This document shows positions 53,914-64,000 of a stretch of DNA of 64,000 bases, one piece after another. The stretch lies in the NCBI GenBank assembly GCA_000182565.2, contig KQ257450.1. One strand, written 5' to 3'. This DNA comes from Spizellomyces punctatus DAOM BR117 (Eukaryota). The notes beneath the pieces are model-generated. The model saw only the letters and a program-made list of their open reading frames with translations. It was not told the DNA's origin and did not search any database. Within the stretch, counting starts at the first letter, position 1; the number at the start of each line of letters is the position of its first letter. Made by a program: the position numbers and the translations under genes.

Positions 53914-54318
53914 CTACTTAACAAAGGAGCTTTCAGCCGGTACCGATATGCCTGGATGCTTCGACTCCATATGCTGAACTAAGATCTTGTAACTAGGCAT
54001 CGGTCCCTAATAGCATGTAGTTCAGCTCACAGTTGCACGGTATGCCCAATAACTGCTATTGTAATATCGAGAATGTATTTTTTCGTACCTTACAGCTTGG
54101 GCATGTAATCTTCAAGCCCTCAGCCCGAGCCTTAAGCTGCGAACCTCCCTTAGAGTGCGAAGCCGCCTGCTTCTGGTTCCGCTCCCTGATGCCGATGAAC
54201 GTCAAGCAGTGCGAAACAGCAAGATCAGTAATCATCGGCCAATGGCCTATACTATATGGAGGTCGGAGAACACAAGAAGCTCTGACCTCGCTTGCTGCTT
54301 GGCTGCTCCACGGACCAT
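53914..54318 (-). CDS. Small ZNF706/SERF-like C2H2 zinc-finger protein, 73 aa, 3 exons (54318-54287, 54185-54089, 54006-53914)
   Basis: Spliced MVRGAAKQQARERNQKQAASHSKGGSQLKARAEGLKITCPSCKGPMPSYKILVQHMESKHPGISVPAESSFVK*; canonical GT-AG introns keep the frame. Confidence 0.88.
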
Positions 54319-54586
54319 CGCTACTCTGCTGTGCTAGTGGGAACCACTGCGACTCGGTCTCTAACCTCGCACGAGGAGAGGAGTCCTACGACAATCGATA
54401 ATGCCAAAGGAAGACACCAAGGAAAGTCCACCCCCCAAAATCCTTGCATCTTCAAGAACCACCCAATCAAACAAATTGATGACTAAGCGAATATTAATTG
54501 CTTATCACGGGACTTGGCTCGACATCACGTGCCGCGCTGAGATCGGAGGGGCTCCATTGCTTTTGTCCAGCACTATTTAGTTGCAA

Positions 54587-55874
54587 ATGTTGATTGCAAT
54601 CGCAGGTCCTACCTGCGCCGGCAAGACTGTTGTCGCGGATTTTCTGACGAAAACTTACCACTTTCAACCTATCTCACTACGATCCTGCTCTCGCCACATC
54701 ACTAACCGTACCTGCAGCTCGAATGGTCCAAGGCCGCAACTGTTTGAAACCGCGTCTGATCTCATCCACCATGTTACATCCAACTGGTCAACCCACTTTG
54801 TTCTCTACCCTCTAGAGAATCCCGACGATTGGAATCTCATTGGAAAGCGCCCATTTGCGCTATTGGTGACAGTAGATGCCCCGCTCTCCGTCCGATTTAA
54901 ACGATGTGTTGCAGCTAAAGCCGCGTTGGGACACACACCACCTTGTTTTGAAGATTTTGTGCAACAGGACGAGAATCGTTTATACGCTCTTCCCAAATCA
55001 AGTCCCACTCCAAGGTCACAGCATGTCAATGGACCGACGGCTAAGATTGGTGGGCTTATCGGAAACTTGGATGCATTGCAATTGGAGCCACATGGACAAG
55101 CACGAGCAGAGTCACCGGCTCCATCTGCATCACCGCGGTCTTCTTCTCTCTATTTCCTCATGTCAAAAGCAGACGTAAGAATCGTCAATCATTTCAGTAC
55201 CCTTGCAGAACTCCATGCTGTTCTTCGCGCCGCAAAGTTGATTGATCCCGAAAGGCTGCGACCTAGCTGGGATTCCTATTTTATGCAGCTGTGCAATCTG
55301 GCTGCTCGGAGAAGTAATTGCATGAAGCGCCGTGTGGGTTGCATTCTGGTGAAAGATCGACGGATTATTGCCACTGGATACAATGGTACGCCCCGAGGAG
55401 TGAAAAACTGCAATGAGGGAGGATGTCCGCGCTGTAACGATAACGCCCCGTGTGGGTCCGGTCTAGATGTGTGTTTGTGCTTGCATGCTGAGGAGGTAAC
55501 GTGGCAAAATTGGAAAGAAATCCTCGCTATTGAAGACTAATTGTGTACATGCAAAGAACGCGCTTTTGGAGGCAGGTAGGGAACGGGTTGACAATGGCGG
55601 TGATTCCATACTCTACTGCAATACTTGTCCGGTGGGTTTCTCTTCCACGTAGAATGACGTTCCCTTGCCTTTTGTCTAATTTGTGTCGTTTTAGTGCTTA
55701 GGATGCGCAAAAAAGATTGTGCAAGTCGGAGTAAAGGAAGTTGTATATTCTCTGGCGTATGGTATGGATGATATGACGGCTAGATTACTGAAAGAGGCGG
55801 GAGTAAAGTTAAGGCAACATTCCCCATTAAGCAGCGATGTAGATGGTTTGGTAGTCGATGAAATATGGAATTGA
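54587..55874 (+). CDS. DCD1: dCMP deaminase with N-terminal P-loop kinase-like domain
   Basis: RPSWDSYFM, RSNCMKRRVG, TGYNGTP, CLHAEENALL, CPCLGC (spliced); N-terminal GPTCAGKT. Confidence 0.95.
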
Positions 55875-55990
55875 TGAATGTCAGCTACACTTGAACGTCT
55901 AACCGAACGGTTCGGAAGGCAGTTGTGATATTATCAATGTACAAACGAATGGGATTATAGGGTGGTTGGTTGGATTATCACGTTGGTAGT

Positions 55991-57913
<1,923 letters not shown>

Positions 57914-58467
57914 TGTCAAAGGACGAAGAGTACTGAGATGTGTTGAGCGGGATGTGAAAAGATGCAAACGGTCGGAAACCAAAATAGAAGGCAGGCGAAC
58001 ACGGAGGGTACCTTCTGAACGGTCCCATCCGATAATCCCCGTGACATCATCCTTAGTTGCTATAGTAACCCGTATGGCATCGATTGTTTGACTTTGGTCT
58101 TTGATTGCACTCTTCAATGGAGCATATGGAGGATATCGAGTATAAAATGGGAATTCGCAACGAGGAAATAAGGAAATGCAAAAAGATTACATCTAAACCC
58201 GAGTTGGTGTTGCGAAATTGCCATTCTAGTAGCTTTCGTACCCCATAGCAATATAAACAAACATGGATTTCGAGCAAGCATTTCACAATGATAGATGACA
58301 TCTAGACCTTTGTATCGCTGGTTATCCTAGATATCTTCAACTCACTATCTTAAAAGATATTAAACCTCGCATCAGTCAATCTGAGCATCCGTTCAGCTGC
58401 TGTCGACTGGCACTGTCAGCAAGTCACTGCGCCCTCATGATCAGGACTGTTTGTGATTGGTCAAGGA

Positions 58468-58474
58468 TGAGTCA
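58468..58474. promoter_or_regulatory. Gcn4/AP-1 site TGAGTCA upstream of AsnRS
   Basis: ATGAGTCAC ~60 bp before ATG 58535. Confidence 0.45.
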
Positions 58475-58534
58475 CTCAAGCTTTCAAGGACGATTCCAGC
58501 CCAATCTTCGTTGCTTTGCTGGGGATCTTTGACA

Positions 58535-60795
58535 ATGTCATTAGCAGATGCGGCAGCTAAAATGACACTGAAAGAGAACGGTCGAGTAGTCTATGTTTGT
58601 GAGGTGCAAGGGCACGACGTGGAGGGTAATGGTACGGAAAAAATGCCATTTCGCTCCGCGTTGCGGGCCTTCGAGAGCGTGAGCGGGAACGGGGAGATCA
58701 TACTTCGCAAATCGCTAGAGGAGGGGTATCAGCCTTTGGGCAAGACAGCTTTGAAGAAGACGCAGAAGCTATACGAGACCAATCAGAAGAAGGCACAAAA
58801 AGCGGCGGAACGTGCCGCTCAGGATGCAGCCAACGCTGAGAAGAACGCAGCCGCTGAAGCGGCGCGTTTGGAAGCAGCACAGAAAGTAGTATTAGAAGAG
58901 GATAAGTCCTTGCCAGAAGCACAAAAGGCTGGTATTCCGAATTTCTGAGATCATGAGGTATATTATGGTTTCCGTTGACGCAAGATTCTATCCATTCCGC
59001 GTATTAGATCAAAATACGAGACGCGACGGAGCACCGTGGGAAACGTATCAAGGTCTCCGGTTGGGTCCACCGACACCGTGTTCAAGGGAAAGATATAGCC
59101 TTTATTGTTCTTCGCGATGGGACTGGATTTTTGCAGTGTGTCCTAACAGGCAAACAGGTAAATTGTGGCTGGTGGGGCAAGTCAGACCCATAGTCTAATC
59201 TAGCTCCTTGCGTTAGTGTCACACATACGATGCAATCACTCTGACCATCGAATCTACGGTGGCGATTTATGGTGTTCTCCAAGTTGTCCCTGAAGGCAAA
59301 ACCGTAAGATCGCACAAGTGGTCCTCTCTTTATCGTACATGTTCTCAAGTTTGTTTATTCAGGCGCCTGGTGGGCATGAACTTCAAGCAGACTATTGGGA
59401 AGTTCTGGGCAAGGCGCCCGGTGGCGATGAAGCATTTGGTAACAGACTCAACACGGTAAGGTGTTTGTCTAAAGTGTTATATTTGATCAACCTTGTACGG
59501 GGCTAGCCAGTACTGATGTTTGTTTGTTTCGCAGGAATCGAGTCCCGATATTCTATTGGATCAACGACACCTGGTCATTCGTGGAGAAACTGCGTCGAGC
59601 GTTTTGAAAATGCGCTCTCTCGTTCTCAAGGCATTCCGTGACTACTTTGACTCCCGGAACGTTGTTGAGGTAACACCACCCCTCATGGTGCAAACGCAGG
59701 TTGAAGGTGGCAGCACACTTTTTGACTTCCAGTACTATGGAGAAACGGTAACAGACCTTGACGCGCGTTGTATGGTTACTACGCAGCATTTACCGATCAT
59801 CTATCTATTCTAGGCATATCTCACGCAATCATCTCAGCTGTACTTGGAAACATGCCTGGCATCTTTAGGTGACGTTTACTGTATGGCAGAATCCTTCCGC
59901 GCCGAAAAATCGCACACTCGCCGTCACTTGTCAGAGTAAGTCATATGAATGTTTGCCCTATCACTGGCATGTCAGTTGACTTTTCTCCTGCGCTAGATAC
60001 ACACATTGCGAAGCTGAACTGTCTTTCATCAACTTCGAGGATCTACTGAACTTCATTGAAGATATGGTATGTCAGCTGTGGCAACGCTCCGGTCATATTA
60101 TCAGTCGTGGCGCTCAATTCCTGTTTTTACAGATTGTCTCTGTTATGGAGCGTGTGACAAATGATCCACTGGGTAGCCAAATCCTGAAGGAGCTTAACCC
60201 AGATTTCAAAGCACCGAAGAAACCTTTCCGACGGATGAACTACGCAGATGCCATCAAATGGCTGAACGAGCATGGCATCAAGAAGGACGTACTTGATGAG
60301 CAAGGCAATAAAATTGGCGAGGCCGACTACGAATTTGGAGAGGACATTCCGGAGGCCCCTGAACGTCGTATGACTGACACAATTGGGGAACCTATCCTTC
60401 TCTGCAGATTCCCGACTGAGATCAAAAGTTTCTATATGAAACGGTGCCCGGAGAATCGCCAATTGACAGAAAGTGTTGATGTTCTGATGCCTAACGTCGG
60501 AGAAATTGTAGGCGGGAGTATGAGGATTACGAACTTTGAAGAACTCGCTGAAGGGTACAAGCGGGAAGGCATTGACCCCACCCCGTACTACTGGTATACC
60601 GATCAGCGCAAATATGGTACCTGCGAGCATGGCGGATTTGGCTTGGGTATAGAGCGGTTCCTTGCATGGCTGCTTAACCGATACACCGTCCGTGAGGTGA
60701 GTTGAACCCCGTACACTAAGCATTTGGCATACAATTGACCTCTTCAATGGCAGGTGTGCTTGTACCCCCGTTTCATGGGCCGTTGTCAGCCATAG
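58535..60795 (+). CDS. DED81: Cytosolic asparaginyl-tRNA synthetase
   Basis: [68 protein letters not shown]. Confidence 0.97.
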
Positions 60796-61133
60796 ATTAT
60801 CAAAGAATGACTCCTATATATTCAAAGAGCGTAAACAAAAGATCGTATCCTGCGCATATCGATAGATTGGCAGTGTATGTGATCCAATCAAGAGCAAAGA
60901 TAGAGTAGCCCGTTACGGTGTGATGCATATGGTCATATGAGTTCTAGTAGTGACTACTGAGATAAATGGCAGGTTCTCGAATGACACTGAATAGTCGAAT
61001 GCAAACAGAAGCGAAGCCAGCTATACTACGTCAACATCTAACCCTACATCTATGGACAATCCTATTCCTACCTAAAGCACCCGTCAGTCAATGAAAACCA
61101 TTCCGAAACGTCTCTGTGACAGGTGAAAATCGC

Positions 61134-62774
61134 TCAATAGCGGTTAGATTGCAGTTGCCAATGACAAAGCCTCACCTGCATACCCCGGAACACTTCCATT
61201 CTCGCCATGCTCTTCCGCAATAATTCTTTCACCCCTTCCATTTCGATGCCCGCACGCTGCCATACAACAATGTCACGAAACCATCGAAACCATAGGTCAA
61301 CCTCAGGCTGGTCTGCGTCTAATCTTTCGTATTGCTCTATTATTTCTGAAATGAGTTCGACCGTTTCTGAATTGATTCCTGATGGAGGAAAGATGCCCAA
61401 AGCCGTTTCTAGAAAAGCCCGAGTTGGAAAAGAGGTCACAATAATAGGTTGTTCCGGCATCGAGTGTGACATGGGTTGATGAAAAAGTAAGCGGACTGCT
61501 TGGAGTACTAGTGCTATCGAATCGGCGTCGGCAGGAGCTTTCGACTCTACGCCAATAGAAGGATGCTTAGCTTCCTTTTCAGCTGCCCGGACCACAAAAT
61601 CCAAGTTTAAGTCTGTTGCTCCTGCAAATCCGCGATAGTACATCAGGGCATATTGATCCAGTAACCGCTGCGCCGATAGAGCCAAATATTGGGCTTCGAG
61701 GAACATGCATGTCGATAAACGATTCAACGTCATACGGCATTTCTCCAATACCCTGGATCTAGCTCCTCTAATAACGTCTGAACTGATTCCACGCCATATA
61801 GGTTGCCCTTCTCCCTCAAAAAATTCCAATAAGAGCGTACAGGCCCCTGTCAGCTGTGCAGGAGGAATGCCGACCTGATAAGTCAGCGTAGCTACATTCC
61901 GACAAGAGCGGAGGAGGTTTTGAAGTACAGTTTGCGTCAAAAGGCCTGCTGAATTGTTCATACCAAAGGACTCCTCAATCGCTTCAAGATTTGAACACCG
62001 GGCGCTCAAATCAAAGAAGAGCTGGTGTGCAGCTGCTCCTTCGCTACGTTCACGGTCTAGTACTACAAGCCGGAAGAGTGAAGTATATGCCGTGCGCAGC
62101 ATCTCGCATCCGTTATTATTGTCACCACGAAGCGATCCGTTGATTGGCAGTGGGAAATGGATGCGACGAACAAACTCAGCGTAGGGCCATAGCGTTCTGT
62201 TGGCGCCTTGATTTATCAATGATAGGAAACAACGAGTGGATTCGACGGAGAGTAGATTGGGAGTGCGGTACAGGATCGGGATAGCACAGCGGTGCCATAA
62301 ACGGCAGACAAGGGCGCACGTATGAATGTCACTCTGCTCAGGTAAGAACTTGAATATGTGGGGAAGGAGTTCGGGTGGCAAGACCGGGCTTCGTGGACTC
62401 TTGGAGGGGGGAACCACCCCACTTTGTTTGCCGCTGTGCTTATCTTGTCTCAGGCTATCACAATTGGAATTTCTAGGAATGGAAGACTTCCAACTCTCTC
62501 CCTGCTTCACCAACGCCAGGCGCTCAGCAATTCCCAACAACGCTGCCCACAAATTGGATTCTTTTGAACATTGTGGATGCGCTAGACACACCGTCAGTCC
62601 TCGGAAAACTACCAGCAGTCTATGCGAGGCCATTTCACCTGGCCTATGGAACACAGCAGAAAGTCGCCAGTCATCAGAGCCGATTCCATATTCTGCGGTT
62701 TCCAGAAGCCTGAGCCGGGACAAAACGCGGGGAGTTTCAGAAGTGCTACTGGGTCGAACGGGCATTGGGGGCAT
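61134..62774 (-). CDS. F-box protein, intronless
   Basis: LPPELLPHIFKFL..IHTCALVCRLWHRCAIPILYRTP; PYAEFVRRI. Confidence 0.8.
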   Translation of the reverse strand: MPPMPVRPSSTSETPRVLSRLRLLETAEYGIGSDDWRLSAVFHRPGEMASHRLLVVFRGLTVCLAHPQCSKESNLWAALLGIAERLALVKQGESWKSSIPRNSNCDSLRQDKHSGKQSGVVPPSKSPRSPVLPPELLPHIFKFLPEQSDIHTCALVCRLWHRCAIPILYRTPNLLSVESTRCFLSLINQGANRTLWPYAEFVRRIHFPLPINGSLRGDNNNGCEMLRTAYTSLFRLVVLDRERSEGAAAHQLFFDLSARCSNLEAIEESFGMNNSAGLLTQTVLQNLLRSCRNVATLTYQVGIPPAQLTGACTLLLEFFEGEGQPIWRGISSDVIRGARSRVLEKCRMTLNRLSTCMFLEAQYLALSAQRLLDQYALMYYRGFAGATDLNLDFVVRAAEKEAKHPSIGVESKAPADADSIALVLQAVRLLFHQPMSHSMPEQPIIVTSFPTRAFLETALGIFPPSGINSETVELISEIIEQYERLDADQPEVDLWFRWFRDIVVWQRAGIEMEGVKELLRKSMARMEVFRGMQVRLCHWQLQSNRY

Positions 62775-62986
62775 ACCCGCATTATATCCTTAACTGCCCT
62801 TTTACTGTTCACGTCATGACTCTCAACTTTGTAGGAAACAGATGCCCATAATGTGGCCTAGGCTTTAACCGCTGTTGACCAGTGATGCGGCATCTGTGTT
62901 GAGTTCCGCTTAGGTCATCGTCCAGCACGTGAAATGGCTGGACAACGACGATCATTGTCCAACCTACTGCCCGCCCTTCGACAAAG

Positions 62987-63916
62987 ATGGAAGATGTGAC
63001 AGTCATAGATGAAAGCATCCCTCAGACTCAATACCAAGATAGTGCTGATAATGTAGGAAAAGGCATAAAAGAACCTTGTCCGGAACGGCGGCGTACTGTC
63101 CAAAGACGGAAACTCTCAAGCGGACGAGTGCGCGCATGCGAACGCAGAACATTCACACAAAGGCCAAAGCCCCCAGCTGAAGTTGACAAGGACAGTCCTC
63201 CGCCACTACCACCGCCACTACTGCCGCATCTTCTTAGCCAAGGTCAACCGTCACCAAGTCGATCCTCGACTTCTTTACACTTACCTATGTTCCGGCTGGC
63301 GACGAAGACGACTTCGACTGATACTGTCACCCGTGCAAACCTTCAGGGTTCATCATCAAGTCCACAAAATGGGATCAATCTGTACAAGCAATCAAGATTA
63401 TCTCATAATGCAATTCCAACACGTTCATCAATACCTTCCGAAGGGGAACGCGCACATGAAGTGCCCTCCGCAAAAAGCCCAAAAGCAGGCCAGTCGTTAA
63501 AGCAGAGGTCCGAAACACGATCTGCCATGCCACAGACGATGATCAAGTGTACCTCTGTAAATGCGACCATAGCGTTTCCAACAAAGATGCGAAATCCCCT
63601 TCTCCAGCGATTGATCAAAAATCCCGCGGCTAGCCCCGTCGCGACGAAGAAACCCGATCCCCCAAAAGGCAAATCAGGATTGTGTGAGGACTTTGTCAGA
63701 CGTGCGCCACTCTCCCCTGCCCGTCCAAATTGCCCTGGGAATCCATCCAGCATAACTGCTCCCGTAACCCCTGTATACCGCAAGACCAAGCTGATGGGGC
63801 TGGCGTTGGATGAGGCTTCAGATGACAAACGGCAACCAAAAAGGAAGCGATTGGAACTATGGCAAGCGGGAACCAATAGTACAAGGAAGGAAAAGGCGAC
63901 CTTTCGACTCTTCTAG
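62987..63916 (+). CDS. Hypothetical basic, low-complexity protein (309 aa)
   Basis: Uninterrupted ORF with good start context (AAGATGG); Pro/Ser/Lys-rich; possible NLS PKRKR; no recognisable domain. Confidence 0.55.
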   Translation: MEDVTVIDESIPQTQYQDSADNVGKGIKEPCPERRRTVQRRKLSSGRVRACERRTFTQRPKPPAEVDKDSPPPLPPPLLPHLLSQGQPSPSRSSTSLHLPMFRLATKTTSTDTVTRANLQGSSSSPQNGINLYKQSRLSHNAIPTRSSIPSEGERAHEVPSAKSPKAGQSLKQRSETRSAMPQTMIKCTSVNATIAFPTKMRNPLLQRLIKNPAASPVATKKPDPPKGKSGLCEDFVRRAPLSPARPNCPGNPSSITAPVTPVYRKTKLMGLALDEASDDKRQPKRKRLELWQAGTNSTRKEKATFRLF

Positions 63917-64000
63917 TGATTGTTCATCTTTTGTAAATAGTAGATCTAGTTTCATCTGGATGGTGAACTCAATCTTGGTTTATCAGTATACCAAATAGAA

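Overview
Gene-dense, intron-rich (GT-AG introns mostly 50-90 nt) fungal nuclear DNA. Flagellar genes (DNAAF6/PIH1D3, FSIP1-like) and a CRIB-containing WASP alongside typical fungal genes point to a zoosporic fungus, probably a chytrid (inference). About 35 protein-coding genes are present, mostly housekeeping: tRNase Z, METTL25, CBC2, NSUN, MAT1, b5 reductase, mtS16, RNR2, GCN4/CPC-1, COX10, MED6, UGP1, IDO, UGO1-like, Pcl cyclin, septin, PPR, Nup107, WASP, ZUP1, bestrophin, RCC1-like, DCD1, enolase, AsnRS and two F-box proteins. Items the ORF track misses: (1) four uORFs in the GCN4/CPC-1 leader; (2) a divergent intronless U3-like snoRNA at ~29447-29671; (3) a ~1.1 kb element bounded by 33-bp inverted repeats ending in TA (40588-41684), which holds a TATA box with an NLS mini-ORF, a tRNA-like relic and a strongly TpA-rich, TCG-free core; (4) a 73-aa three-exon ZNF706-like gene; (5) three 1-nt deletions disrupting enolase; (6) recurrent X-box (RFX) and TCACGTG motifs in short divergent promoters. 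Gene models were spliced by eye and counts were done by hand; no database searches were run.
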